A stretch of 38,146 nt of DNA from Chthonomonadales bacterium (GCA_038217285.1 JBBQPO010000019.1:1-38146); one strand, 5' to 3'; counted from the stretch's first letter, positions 8,847 through 18,595 are shown. Made by a program: numbers and translations. Notes: a model not told the origin generated them from the letters alone.

Positions 8847-9230
8847 ATGGCGACGGATCTAGAGGCGATGCGCGCGCAGCTTATAAGAGCCGCGAACGCT
8901 CTGCCAGTGAAGAGAGACTGGATATTCAAACCGATGTTCGGGGGAGTTCTGGGGTATGTCGAGGACCGCGTATGCGCCTCGCTGTCGAATGTAGGACTGG
9001 CGCTCAAACTGTCTCCCGAGGCGCAGGAGGCGCTCCTGAAGCTGGAGGGTGCGAAGCGGCTGCGCTACGAGCCCGATGCCCCCGAGAGCAAGCAGTATAT
9101 CGTGGTACCGGAAAGCCTGTGCAGCGCCGAGAAAGAGCTTGCGGTCTGGTTGGAGCGCAGTATAGACTATATTCTCTCCTTGCCGGCTCCCAAACCCAGG
9201 CGCAAAAGCCCGAAAGCGACAAATAAATGA
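8847..9230 (+). CDS. TfoX/Sxy N-terminal domain protein
   Basis: KPMFGG..Y...., LALKL, YIVVPE, LAVWLERS pattern. Confidence 0.8.
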   Translation: MATDLEAMRAQLIRAANALPVKRDWIFKPMFGGVLGYVEDRVCASLSNVGLALKLSPEAQEALLKLEGAKRLRYEPDAPESKQYIVVPESLCSAEKELAVWLERSIDYILSLPAPKPRRKSPKATNK

Positions 9231-9988
9231 GACGAGCCTTTATGGCAGTAATGGCCGGAATGTGCCTATTGACGTATGCCGTGCAAAGGTCCGCGGCCCA
9301 GCAAGGGGCCGCAAAAGCGCTTTCGTTTGGGGGCTACGAATGGGAAGTCCGGCCCTCCGGCACCGGCGGCCCAGGACCCAACGTGTGGAACCCGCAGAAT
9401 GTCTGGGTGGATAAGGCGGGACTGCACCTGAAAATCAGTCGGGTCCGCACCGGCGAGAAAACGGAATGGCAATGCGCGGAACTCTCCACAAAGCAGTCAC
9501 TCGGCTTTGGAACCTATGAGTTTCAGGTGATCGGCCCCATCGACCGGTTAGATCGTTACGTCGTGCTGGGGCTGTTCGACTATCCGACGCCCGAGGTAGG
9601 GCCGGACGGCACGAACGAGATCGACATAGAGTTCGCCCATTGGGGCCATGCCGACGCCCCTATCGGCAACTACACCATCTACCCGGCCTCCGGCCAGCGC
9701 GGAAAAGACGACACGCACCCCTTCTCGTTTACCCTGAAGGGAGACTATACGACGCACCGTTTCGTGCGCACGGCGGAGAAAGTCAGTCTGCAGTCGCTGC
9801 ATGGGCATCGGAACGACAAAAAGAATGAGATAGCCCATTGGGTCTATGCTCCGCTCGATAAGCGCCTGATACCTCAGAAGCCCCTGCCCGTCCATATCAA
9901 TCTCTGGCTGTTTCAAGGCAAAGCCCCCGACGACGGCAAAGAGGTCTTGATAACCATCAAAAAGTTCACGTTCACTCCTGCGCCCTGA
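9227..9988 (+). CDS. Exported glycoside hydrolase family 16-like protein
   Basis: Signal peptide; GFGTYEF; catalytic EIDIE motif; ATGA overlap with upstream stop. Confidence 0.8.
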   Translation: MRRAFMAVMAGMCLLTYAVQRSAAQQGAAKALSFGGYEWEVRPSGTGGPGPNVWNPQNVWVDKAGLHLKISRVRTGEKTEWQCAELSTKQSLGFGTYEFQVIGPIDRLDRYVVLGLFDYPTPEVGPDGTNEIDIEFAHWGHADAPIGNYTIYPASGQRGKDDTHPFSFTLKGDYTTHRFVRTAEKVSLQSLHGHRNDKKNEIAHWVYAPLDKRLIPQKPLPVHINLWLFQGKAPDDGKEVLITIKKFTFTPAP

Positions 9989-9995
9989 TGGGCAA

Positions 9996-10023
9996 CGAGG
10001 AACCTCTCTGTCCGGCGGTGAAT
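9996..10023 (+). promoter_or_regulatory. SigH-like promoter (AGGA-N18-GAAT)
   Basis: CGAGGAACC-N12-GGTGAAT in the intergenic gap before the esterase. Confidence 0.4.
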
Positions 10024-10058
10024 AGGGAGACACATCGCGTGGAATCAAGGAGAATACG

Positions 10059-10994
10059 ATGCTGCACACAGGGAAACGAAACATGGGCCTCCGTAAGTTA
10101 TCGACCGGTCTTTGTGGCCTACTGTTGGGAGTGATCTCGCTGTCGATGCTTGCAGGAGGTGCGATCGCGCAGGAGGCTGCGCCGCAGGTCGTTTTGCTCT
10201 GGCCTGCCGGATCACCGACACTCCAGGGAGCCGGTGAGAAGGAGCTGCTTTCTCCGCCGAACCCGGCGCCGGGGCAGCACATAAACTCCATTCGGAATGT
10301 CCACAACCCCTCTATCGAAGTCCATCTGGCTCCGGCAGCTTCGGCGAATGGAACCGCTATCCTCGTCGCGCCCGGCGGCGGACATCAGCAACTGGTCTGG
10401 GGCTCGGAAGGCACGGATATCGCGAAATGGCTGAACAGTATCGGCGTGACAGCCTTCGTGCTCAAATATCGGCTGGCGCAGACGCCCAACTACCACTATA
10501 AGGTCGAAGGGGAAGCCCTGCAGGACACACAACAGGCGATGCGTATCATTCGGGCACGGGCGAAAGAGTGGGGTGTCAAACCGGATCATGTCGGCATTTT
10601 GGGCTTCTCGGCGGGAGGCGCACTGGCCGCACTCGCCGACATCCGCTTTGATCGTGGCAACTCCACCGCCACCGATCCAATCCTGCAGCAGAGCTGCCGT
10701 CCCGATTTCGTCGGACTCGTCTATGCAGGCTGGGCGCCGATGGACATCACCGCGCCGAAAGACGCCGCGCCGGCTTTTCTCACCAGCGCCGGCAAAGACG
10801 ACGAGTTTCATGCGCGGGAGACGGTCGAGTTCTTCAGCTCGCTGTTCAAAGCCGGAGTGCCCGCCGACCTGTTCATCTATAGTCACGGCGGGCATGGCGG
10901 CGCTATCAGCCCGCGCAAGGGGATTCCGTTCGGCACCTGGCATCTCCGCTTCCAGGAGTGGCTCGATGATCTGGGGATGCTGAAGAAGGCGTAG
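10059..10994 (+). CDS. Exported alpha/beta hydrolase (carbohydrate esterase / BD-FAE-like)
   Basis: PGGG oxyanion loop, GFSAG nucleophile elbow, D and GGHG catalytic motifs; signal peptide; RBS AAGGAG. Confidence 0.88.
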   Translation: MLHTGKRNMGLRKLSTGLCGLLLGVISLSMLAGGAIAQEAAPQVVLLWPAGSPTLQGAGEKELLSPPNPAPGQHINSIRNVHNPSIEVHLAPAASANGTAILVAPGGGHQQLVWGSEGTDIAKWLNSIGVTAFVLKYRLAQTPNYHYKVEGEALQDTQQAMRIIRARAKEWGVKPDHVGILGFSAGGALAALADIRFDRGNSTATDPILQQSCRPDFVGLVYAGWAPMDITAPKDAAPAFLTSAGKDDEFHARETVEFFSSLFKAGVPADLFIYSHGGHGGAISPRKGIPFGTWHLRFQEWLDDLGMLKKA

Positions 10995-11013
10995 AGAGCC
11001 GGGGGCGAGAAAC

Positions 11014-12006
11014 TTAGGGCGGGTTCAGGGGGCCTTCGAAGCGCACGAAGACCGCGACATTCCGATAGGCCTTCGCAATGGGCTCGCCTTTTTCCTGGCC
11101 CAGAACGCTCACGACTTTGGAGAGACTGTCGGAGGTCAGGCCATTGGGAGCCGTGATCGTCACCTGAATGCGGTCGGTGAGCGCCTGCCCGGTGCGCGGG
11201 TCGAGGATATGCGAATAGCGGAGCCCGCCGATATCGACAAACTGCTCAATATCGCCGGAGGTGGAAATCGCTCGATTGGAGAATAGAAGCACTGGCGCCT
11301 GCGGAGCCTTGCTGGCGTTCGCGACCTGAATCTTCCAGCCTTTCTCGCCGGGGGGCGGCTCGCTGACGACGATGTCGCCGCCCGCCTCCACCAGTGCGCG
11401 GGTGATCCCATGACGTCGAAGCGCCTCTTGTGCGCAGTCGTCGGCATAGCCCTTGCCGATGCCGCCCAGATCGAGTTTCATACCAGGAACCAGCAGGCGC
11501 ACCGTACGCCGCCGGTTGTCCAGCACTATTTTGCGCCAACCGACCCGGGACCGGGCGGCGGCGATCGCTTCGGGCATGGGCAAAACGTGGGTTTTGCGCG
11601 CCTGACGCCAGAGAGCGACGAGAGGCCCACAGGTCACATCGAAAGCTCCGTTGCTCCGTTGCGCCACCTCCTGCGAACGCTGCAGCACCGTAAAAAGATC
11701 GCGGCTGACCGGAACGGGCGGTCCTCCGGCCTGCGCACAGAGCCGCATCAGCTCGCTGTCGGGGCGGTAGTCGCTCATGATGGTGTCGAGCTCCGCGAAC
11801 CGCTCGAACGCGGCGGCGCAGGCGCGCTCCGCAGTCGGTTTGTCAGGCGCATAGACCACCAACCGGACATCCACGCCCATGTGGTATTCGGTATAGGCGT
11901 ACCGCGTGAGAGAGGTCGGTTCGGCGCGGCAGAGGGTTGTCGCCAACATCCACCAGGCGACGAAAGCGCCAAGCGAAAGGAAGATCTGTAATTTGAAATC
12001 TCGCAT
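11014..12006 (-). CDS. apbE: FAD:protein FMN transferase ApbE
   Basis: MG, GAFDVT, DLGGIGKGY, GGD, STSG, YSHILDPRTG motifs; signal peptide from MRDFK. Confidence 0.93.
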   Translation of the reverse strand: MRDFKLQIFLSLGAFVAWWMLATTLCRAEPTSLTRYAYTEYHMGVDVRLVVYAPDKPTAERACAAAFERFAELDTIMSDYRPDSELMRLCAQAGGPPVPVSRDLFTVLQRSQEVAQRSNGAFDVTCGPLVALWRQARKTHVLPMPEAIAAARSRVGWRKIVLDNRRRTVRLLVPGMKLDLGGIGKGYADDCAQEALRRHGITRALVEAGGDIVVSEPPPGEKGWKIQVANASKAPQAPVLLFSNRAISTSGDIEQFVDIGGLRYSHILDPRTGQALTDRIQVTITAPNGLTSDSLSKVVSVLGQEKGEPIAKAYRNVAVFVRFEGPLNPP

Positions 12007-12064
12007 TGTATTCCCCATAGAACCAGGAACTTCGACCACGGATCCCCGCCGCCGCGCCGCGCGG

Positions 12065-12943
12065 ATGGTGTTACCGGTAGTCTGTTCGTTTTTCTGTATT
12101 ATACCTGCTGCCCTGCGAACGCCCTCTGCTCGCGCTGCATCGCCGCAGACGCTCAGAACAGTCGCAGTGGCAGGGAGGCAGGGCAGTTCCGCCGCCCCTA
12201 CCGGAACGGAAGCCCTGAAATCCTACTCCGAGACGATGCCGGGATCGGTCGTGAAGATCGAGATGGTGGCCATTCCGGCCGGTAAGCTGGCGGCAGGCGG
12301 GAAGAACGTGAGCGTCAAGCCGTTCTGGATCGCGAACACGGAAACGCCCTGGGAGGCTTACGACACCTTTATCGCTAGCGGAACGCCTTCGAAAGCCTAC
12401 GACCAGACCGAATTTGCCGCTGACGCCATCGCGCGGCCCAGTAAATCTTACATTCTGCCCGATCTCGGCTGGGGCCACCACGGCTACCCTGTCATCAACG
12501 TCAGCTCCCTCTCCGTCACCATGTTCTGCCGCTGGCTCTCAGCCCAGACCGGCAAAAAGTACCGCCTGCCGACAGATACCGAATGGGAGTACGCCTGCCG
12601 CGCCGGTTCGACGACGTCAAAGCCCATGACGCCCGCGCAGGCGAACAAAGTGGCCTGGTATGCCGCCAACAGTGATCGCAAAACGCATCCGGTGGCGAAG
12701 AAGCTGCCCAACGCCTGGAAACTGTACGATATGGAGGGCAATACGGGGGAGTGGGCGACCGATGCGGAGGGCAAGCCTGTCCTGTGCGGAGGCGTTTTCA
12801 AAGACAATCCAGACCGGCTTCTGCCCACGATGCGGCGTCGCTTTACACCGGCCTGGCAGGCCACCGACCCCCAGCTCCCCAAGAGCCGCTGGTGGCTGGC
12901 CGACGGCAATTTCGTAGGCTTTCGCATCGTCTGCGAGCCGTGA
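12065..12943 (+). CDS. Exported formylglycine-generating-enzyme-fold (SUMF1/FGE-sulfatase) protein; start uncertain
   Basis: YRLPTDTEWEYACRAG, PNAWKLYDMEGNTGEW, GFRIV; lacks the catalytic Cys pair. Confidence 0.85.
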   Translation: MVLPVVCSFFCIIPAALRTPSARAASPQTLRTVAVAGRQGSSAAPTGTEALKSYSETMPGSVVKIEMVAIPAGKLAAGGKNVSVKPFWIANTETPWEAYDTFIASGTPSKAYDQTEFAADAIARPSKSYILPDLGWGHHGYPVINVSSLSVTMFCRWLSAQTGKKYRLPTDTEWEYACRAGSTTSKPMTPAQANKVAWYAANSDRKTHPVAKKLPNAWKLYDMEGNTGEWATDAEGKPVLCGGVFKDNPDRLLPTMRRRFTPAWQATDPQLPKSRWWLADGNFVGFRIVCEP

Positions 12944-12986
12944 CTACTCCCTAGTGACAAAGGATCTTCTCTCCGCGCTTTGCTTC

Positions 12987-13176
12987 CCGCCCCTAAAGGA
13001 GCGGTCTGATGCGGTAAGCCCCCTAAAGGAGGCTGGGTCGGACGTGAGCAGGGACGAGGGCGCAAGGAAACAGGGTGTCAGCCATCTCTGGTGGAGAGAT
13101 TTGATCTGCATTTCAACCATCCCAGGCCCATTTATGGGCCTTAACTTTCCCCAACAGGCCGCTCCTTTAGGGGCGG
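12987..13176. repeat. REP-like palindrome cluster with 22-bp terminal inverted repeats
   Basis: CCGCCCCTAAAGGAGCGGTCTG (12987-13008) vs CAGGCCGCTCCTTTAGGGGCGG (13155-13176), 1 mismatch; inner hairpins 13017-13034 and 13124-13141. Confidence 0.75.
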
Positions 13177-13285
13177 CGGCCTAAGGGACAAGATAAGGTC
13201 GTGAACAACGGGGCTTGTATCGGTCTGAGCCGAACGGAAAATGAATGATTCTAGGCCACGCAGAGAGGGGCAGTATTTCCGAATT

Positions 13286-13639
13286 ATGCAAACAAGCGAA
13301 CTCGAAAATACTATTGTGCAGTCGCTCTTATCAGATTTACCTTCTGATCTTGAGTGGCTGCGTACACAATACAATAATGCGAATGTGATTGATCGCGAAT
13401 TTACTGGAGTGGGCGTCTTCACATCTTTTAGTATTCCTGATTCAGTAAATCGTGTAGTTCCTGAAAGTTTTTACCTTGAAGGTTACTTGACACTACAAGG
13501 AGTTCTAGGAGGCGCAACCGCTCTACTTTTCGTCAGGCATGGAGTAATCAGTGTGTTGGAACTAATTACCTGGTCAGGAGGATGGCCTGAGAATCCAATA
13601 CTTTTGTCCGTTAACCCTGTTCCAACCATTAGTGACTAA
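13286..13639 (+). CDS. Small AT-rich hypothetical protein
   Basis: ORF in markedly AT-rich DNA; REFTGVG..F and LF...G....LE...W..WP pattern; start could be 13241. Confidence 0.65.
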   Translation: MQTSELENTIVQSLLSDLPSDLEWLRTQYNNANVIDREFTGVGVFTSFSIPDSVNRVVPESFYLEGYLTLQGVLGGATALLFVRHGVISVLELITWSGGWPENPILLSVNPVPTISD

Positions 13640-13730
13640 CAATCTATCTCAAAACACGGAAAACGACTGATCTACGATCTCGTGAAAAGGCGCGCTAGCG
13701 AGTTTTGAGATAGCCTCAAAGGAGAGTTCG

Positions 13731-15035
13731 ATGACCGATTCTAACAGTTCGCAGTCCACGTCCGCCTCGCGGCGTGAGTTTCTTCAGACGACGACGGCAT
13801 CCGGGGCGGCTCTGCTCGCCAGCGGCAACTACGCTTTCGCGCAGGGTTCGGAACGCCTCCGGGTAGGGCTGATCGGCTGCGGTGGGCGCGGCACAGGAGC
13901 CGCCGCGAATACGCTCGCAGGCGATCCCGGCGTCGTCCTGACCGCCATGGGCGATGTGGTCAAGTCGCAACTGGACAGCAGTCTCAAAACGCTCAAGGCG
14001 CAGGAGGGTCTCGGAGCGCAGGTGGATGTGAAACCGGAAATGCAGTTCGTCGGGCTGGACGCCTATCTCAAAGTGATCGAGAGTGGGGTGGATGTCGTCC
14101 TGCTGACGGCCCCTCCCGGCTTTCGTCCGCAGCATATCAAGGCGGCGGCGGCGGCAGGCAAGCACATCTTTGCGGAGAAGCCTATGGGCACCGATGCGGC
14201 CGGTGTGCGTTCCGCGCTGGAAGCGGTGAAGGCCGCGCAGTCGAAGGGCAAATGCTTCGTCTCCGGATTCTGTTACCGCTACAGTTATCCCCATCGCGCC
14301 TTCTTCAAACGGCTGCATGAGGGCGCCATCGGCCCGGTGCGCCATGTCCATGCCACCTATCTCACCGGCCCGGTGAAACCGATGCCGCCCACCACGGCAC
14401 GCCCCGTTGGGATGAGCGATACCGAATGGCAGATTCGCAACTGGTACAACTTTGTCTGGCTCTCCGGCGACGGCCTCATCGAGCAGGCCTGCCACAGCGT
14501 GGACAAGATCCTCTGGGCGATGAAGGACGTTCCGCCGGTGCGCTGCGTCGCCACGGGAGGACGGGATAATCCCAACAACGAAGGCAATATCTTCGACCAT
14601 ATCGATGTCTTCTATGAGTTCGCGGATGGCACACGGGCGACGATGGCACAGCGCCAGATTCCCAACTGTCCGCACAACGATAATACCGACTACGTGATCG
14701 GCGCAAAGGGAACCGGAACCGTCCATTTTGCGGATACCGACATGAACGGCGAGACGAAGTGGCAGTACCAGGGCCCTAAGACCAGTATGTACGATGTCGA
14801 GCACAAGGAGATGTACGCCGCCATTCGCGGAGGCAAGATCATCAACGACTCGGAGCGTATGGCGCGCAGCACCCTGGCGGGACTGATGGGACGAACGGCC
14901 GCCTACACCGGCGACAGCATAAGCTGGGAGCAGATGCTGACCTCGAAAGAGAACCTGTTTCCCGATCATCTCGACTGGAACGCGCCTCTCGCCGTCGTAC
15001 CGATGGCGGTTCCCGGTAAGACCGTATTCGTCTGA
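13731..15035 (+). CDS. Tat-exported Gfo/Idh/MocA-family oxidoreductase
   Basis: SRREFLQ Tat motif; VGLIGCGGRG Rossmann loop; AEKP; RBS AAGGAG. Confidence 0.92.
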   Translation: MTDSNSSQSTSASRREFLQTTTASGAALLASGNYAFAQGSERLRVGLIGCGGRGTGAAANTLAGDPGVVLTAMGDVVKSQLDSSLKTLKAQEGLGAQVDVKPEMQFVGLDAYLKVIESGVDVVLLTAPPGFRPQHIKAAAAAGKHIFAEKPMGTDAAGVRSALEAVKAAQSKGKCFVSGFCYRYSYPHRAFFKRLHEGAIGPVRHVHATYLTGPVKPMPPTTARPVGMSDTEWQIRNWYNFVWLSGDGLIEQACHSVDKILWAMKDVPPVRCVATGGRDNPNNEGNIFDHIDVFYEFADGTRATMAQRQIPNCPHNDNTDYVIGAKGTGTVHFADTDMNGETKWQYQGPKTSMYDVEHKEMYAAIRGGKIINDSERMARSTLAGLMGRTAAYTGDSISWEQMLTSKENLFPDHLDWNAPLAVVPMAVPGKTVFV

Positions 15036-15046
15036 AAGGCAAACTC

Positions 15047-15967
15047 ATGACACAAGATATCAGTCGCCGCCGTTTTCTGGCGCGGACTTCCGGCGCGGCA
15101 TTGGCCTTGAATAGTATCGACGCAAGCGCGTTTGCGGACGCTTCCGGCGCAAATGCGCTAGCGGACGCTTCCGGCCCGAAAAAGGCCTGCCTGTTCGGGA
15201 TGCTGCCGGGAAACCTCGACATCGAATCGCGCTTCAAACTGGCGCGCGATGTCGGCTTTGCGGGGGTGGAGGCCGATCCGACCGATCTGGCGACGGCGGA
15301 TAAGATGCGGGCGGCGGCGGAAAAAGCGGGCATACATATCCATTCGGTGATCTATGGGGGCTGGAACCCGCCTCTCTCCGCACCGGACCCTGCCGACGCG
15401 AAAAAGAGCCTGCAGAACGCCGAGGCCGCCATCCGCTGCGCGCAACACTATGGCGCGGAGACCATTCTGCTGGTTCCCGCCGTTGTCAACGCGCAGACCC
15501 GCTACGTCGATGCCTATAAACGGTCGCACGCGGCCATTCAGCGCCTTATACCTGTCGCGGAAGAGTGCAAGATCACGATCTGTCTGGAAGAGGTCTGGAA
15601 CAACTTTCTGCTCAGTCCGATGGAGTTCGCCGGGTTCGTCGATTCGTTCCATAGTTCGCATGTACAGGCCTATTTCGATGTGGGGAACGTGGTTCTGTTC
15701 GCCTGGCCCGAAGACTGGATTCGCACACTCGGCAAACGGATTCGCAAGGTACACCTGAAGGATTTCAAGGGGGGGCCGGGACTTTTCGGCGGCGTGAACG
15801 GGCACTTCACCAATCTGCGCGAGGGCAGCATCAACTGGCCCGAAGTGCGCCGCGCCTTCGCCGAAATCAACTATTCCGGCTACATGACCACCGAACTGGG
15901 CGGCGGCGATGAGACCTATCTGCGGGACGTCAGCGCACGTTTCGATAAGATTCTAGCAGGGGTTTAG
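15047..15967 (+). CDS. Tat-exported sugar phosphate isomerase/epimerase (xylose-isomerase-like TIM barrel)
   Basis: SRRRFLA Tat motif; LEEVWN, FDVGN, HLKD, TTE metal-site motifs. Confidence 0.9.
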   Translation: MTQDISRRRFLARTSGAALALNSIDASAFADASGANALADASGPKKACLFGMLPGNLDIESRFKLARDVGFAGVEADPTDLATADKMRAAAEKAGIHIHSVIYGGWNPPLSAPDPADAKKSLQNAEAAIRCAQHYGAETILLVPAVVNAQTRYVDAYKRSHAAIQRLIPVAEECKITICLEEVWNNFLLSPMEFAGFVDSFHSSHVQAYFDVGNVVLFAWPEDWIRTLGKRIRKVHLKDFKGGPGLFGGVNGHFTNLREGSINWPEVRRAFAEINYSGYMTTELGGGDETYLRDVSARFDKILAGV

Positions 15968-15999
15968 ACCACCTCCCGGACAGGACTCCCTCCGGGTCT

Positions 16000-17034
16000 C
16001 TACAGATGCGGCTGCATCCAGCGGGACTCCCCGCGCAGCCGCGCGCCCAGCCAGTCTGTCTCTTTGCCGAAGCCGGTCACGACCGCTGCTCCCAGGCCCA
16101 TCACCGCGATCACGCACTCCAGAGCCAGCGAGGCGACACCCAGGGTGCGGCTCATACTGCCCAGGATCACATTCGCCAGAAAGAACAGTCCGAGGCTTAA
16201 CGCGATGCGGCCATAGAGTGTGCCGCCCCCGACCGGCCGTCCGAGACGGCGGGCCATAATGTCCCCGGCGTAGCGCATTCCACTCAGCCAGCCGAAGCCT
16301 AAGATCATCGCGGCCACGAGAGCGATCAGGGTGCCGAACGGCGACCACAGCAGGCCCAGCAGAGAGATGTGCATCAGCCGTTCATTGAAGGCCAGTACGA
16401 CCAGCATTCCCAGGGCTGTCAGCAGCCCTACCGCAAGTGATCGCGCCGGACTGAGGGCGACCCCTTCCGAGACACGTTGCGTGGCCCGTGGAGCGCCGAC
16501 CATCAGGATCAGCCCGCCGAGCAGGCCCAGAACAAGCAGTCCGAACTGCCCGCCGAACCAGTTGTCCTCTTTCGAAGGCGCCGCTGGCCCAACCACCCGG
16601 ATTGTGGTCGGCATCAAGGCGATCGTCAGTTCTCTTGCCAGACCGGAATTCTGCTCGATCACTTTAACGCCATCGGCTTCATTGTGGACATTGCCGCCTA
16701 TGGCGACCAGATGTCCGCCTACCGTGGCCCCATGTCGGATGATCACATCGCTGTTGATCGCGAGCACATCGTGGCGAACGTGACCTTCCAAAACCAGCGG
16801 ATGATCCCGTACCGTAAGGTTGTCCGTCGTCGTCGCGGCATTGATGACAACCGCTCCAACCGGTATCCGTACCGGAGACGTAGTCACGGGCGTCTGCCCT
16901 ATCGCCTGTTCGTCGATGCGCTGCGGCGTAGCAGGGGTATCGGCGAGTGAAGCGGTCTCCTGCGCGTAGAGCGGTTTCCCGTTCGTCGCCATTACCGAGA
17001 TAAGTGCCACGAGGGCGAAAATAATTTTTTGCAC
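16000..17034 (-). CDS. Membrane protein with polymer-forming (bactofilin-like) beta-helix and 4-5 TM helices
   Basis: Signal peptide; GHVRHDVLAINSDVII..GATVGGHLVAIGGNV repeats; hydrophobic C-terminal helices; third gene of the ECF unit. Confidence 0.72.
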   Translation of the reverse strand: MQKIIFALVALISVMATNGKPLYAQETASLADTPATPQRIDEQAIGQTPVTTSPVRIPVGAVVINAATTTDNLTVRDHPLVLEGHVRHDVLAINSDVIIRHGATVGGHLVAIGGNVHNEADGVKVIEQNSGLARELTIALMPTTIRVVGPAAPSKEDNWFGGQFGLLVLGLLGGLILMVGAPRATQRVSEGVALSPARSLAVGLLTALGMLVVLAFNERLMHISLLGLLWSPFGTLIALVAAMILGFGWLSGMRYAGDIMARRLGRPVGGGTLYGRIALSLGLFFLANVILGSMSRTLGVASLALECVIAVMGLGAAVVTGFGKETDWLGARLRGESRWMQPHL

Positions 17035-17046
17035 GTGTTGGCCCTC

Positions 17047-17973
17047 CTATATTCCGATTCGCTGGCTGCGCTGTCTGCGAACAGCCAGAAAGAAACAGGC
17101 GCAGGCGCACAGGGCGATATCGATGGTCAGCCCTTTCGCGGCGGTGGCGCCGAGCGTACGATACGTCTCACTGACCGAGTCGCTCATCTGAGTCATCGCG
17201 GCGAACATATAGGCGGTCAGACGCCCGAAGAGCGGAACGCGGTTGAGCGCGTCGCCCACCTGGTTCATCCAGACCCGCAGCGCGTCTACGTCGGAACTGA
17301 GCGCATTGCGTCCCCAGGCCGTCGTCATCAGGAACGCCATGACGGCGGTGAGTACACTGGCTGCGGTCAAACGCTGGAATGTCGAGAGGATCGAGCCCTG
17401 GGTCTGAACGCCGACGCTTTTCGAAACGTTCTGCGTGGTCAGACGTTGGGTCGCAGAGAAGCTCGACGTCACCTTGGTGGGCGATAGCGCGTCGTTGAAC
17501 TGCGGCTGACCGAGCGCGGCGCGGGTCGGTCGGGTCGAAGCGTCCGGAGTGCGGACAGTCGTCACGGCGCTCTGCGGGTCGGCAAGGTTCATCGGAACGC
17601 GCAGGGGTGGCCGCTGGGGTCTGGGGCCGTCCGGCGACAGGATACGCTGCATGATGATCTGCGAAAAGTCCTGCGGCATCTCCGCCGGAGGCATCTTCTC
17701 CATCAACTGAATCACATGCTGCATCTCGTCGAACTCGCCCGAACATCCCGTGCAGACCGAGAGGTGCCCATAGACCTGCCGCGCCATTTCCGGTCTTACC
17801 TCGCCATCGTTTTCCAGAAGGTGAGGTAGCATCTCCCGCACCCGCTGGCAAAGAGCGGTTTCCAGAGGCAGAGAGCCGGACAGGTAGCGTTGACTTCCGG
17901 GCGTACCGGGGGGGGTCACATAGACTCCCCAACCCTGCTCCTCCGGCTGGTTATGATCGAATCTATTTTCCAT
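17047..17973 (-). CDS. Zinc-binding (ZAS) anti-sigma factor
   Basis: C..VREML..HLSVCTGC (Hx3Cx2C); C-terminal TM helices; overlaps the sigma gene stop. Confidence 0.85.
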   Translation of the reverse strand: MENRFDHNQPEEQGWGVYVTPPGTPGSQRYLSGSLPLETALCQRVREMLPHLLENDGEVRPEMARQVYGHLSVCTGCSGEFDEMQHVIQLMEKMPPAEMPQDFSQIIMQRILSPDGPRPQRPPLRVPMNLADPQSAVTTVRTPDASTRPTRAALGQPQFNDALSPTKVTSSFSATQRLTTQNVSKSVGVQTQGSILSTFQRLTAASVLTAVMAFLMTTAWGRNALSSDVDALRVWMNQVGDALNRVPLFGRLTAYMFAAMTQMSDSVSETYRTLGATAAKGLTIDIALCACACFFLAVRRQRSQRIGI

Positions 17974-18583
17974 CCGTTTCCATTTCCAACACCGAGCGCA
18001 GGCGGCCTCGCAGCATCTCTCTCGCCCGGAATAGATGAGTTTTGACCGTCCCGGTGGGCATATCGAGCACCCCGGCGATCTCTTCCACACTCATATCCTG
18101 CAAATGACGCATTACCACCACGACCCGATATTTCTCCGGCAGGTTCGAAATGGCGCGCTGCACCACCTCCTGCACGGAGTCCCGTATTGCCAGCTCTTCC
18201 GGACTGCAACTGCGCGAGTCCGCCGCCGGTTCCCGTCCCTCTTCCAGTTCGACATCGAGGGAGAGGGCGCTGCGGGCTTTGCGCGACCGCAACTGATCGA
18301 TGCACAGGTTGGAGGCGATCTTATAGAGCCAGGTCAGAAAACTGGCGTCCTGACGAAAAGAGGCCAGCGCCCCGTAGGCACGCAAAAAGGTCTCCTGCAC
18401 CAGATCGCCCGCATCCTCGGCGTTGCCGAGCATCCGGTACGCCAGGTTGTAGACCTGCCGCTGGTAGCGCATCACCAGACCGTTGTAGGCCGATGTGTTC
18501 CCGCACAGCGTCTGCCGCACGAGATCGGCATCATTCTGTTCCACCAGCGTAATCGTCCTCGTCTCCCCCTTACTCTTGAGCAC
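17963..18583 (-). CDS. ECF RNA polymerase sigma factor (SigW-like)
   Basis: DLVQETFLRAY, FLTWLYKIASN (region 2); EEIAGVLDMPTGTVKTHLFRAR (region 4). Confidence 0.95.
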   Translation of the reverse strand: MLKSKGETRTITLVEQNDADLVRQTLCGNTSAYNGLVMRYQRQVYNLAYRMLGNAEDAGDLVQETFLRAYGALASFRQDASFLTWLYKIASNLCIDQLRSRKARSALSLDVELEEGREPAADSRSCSPEELAIRDSVQEVVQRAISNLPEKYRVVVVMRHLQDMSVEEIAGVLDMPTGTVKTHLFRAREMLRGRLRSVLEMETDGK

Positions 18584-18595
18584 TGTTATGGGGAC

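Noticed and set aside
8847..9230. TfoX protein as a competence regulator of the pil genes
   Set aside because: Only a stand-alone TfoX-N domain, which is widespread without a competence role, and it is not linked to the pil operon
15133..15175. 15-bp direct repeat GCGGACGCTTCCGGC in the isomerase gene
   Set aside because: A small in-frame duplication in the post-signal linker (ADASG x2) with no evident function
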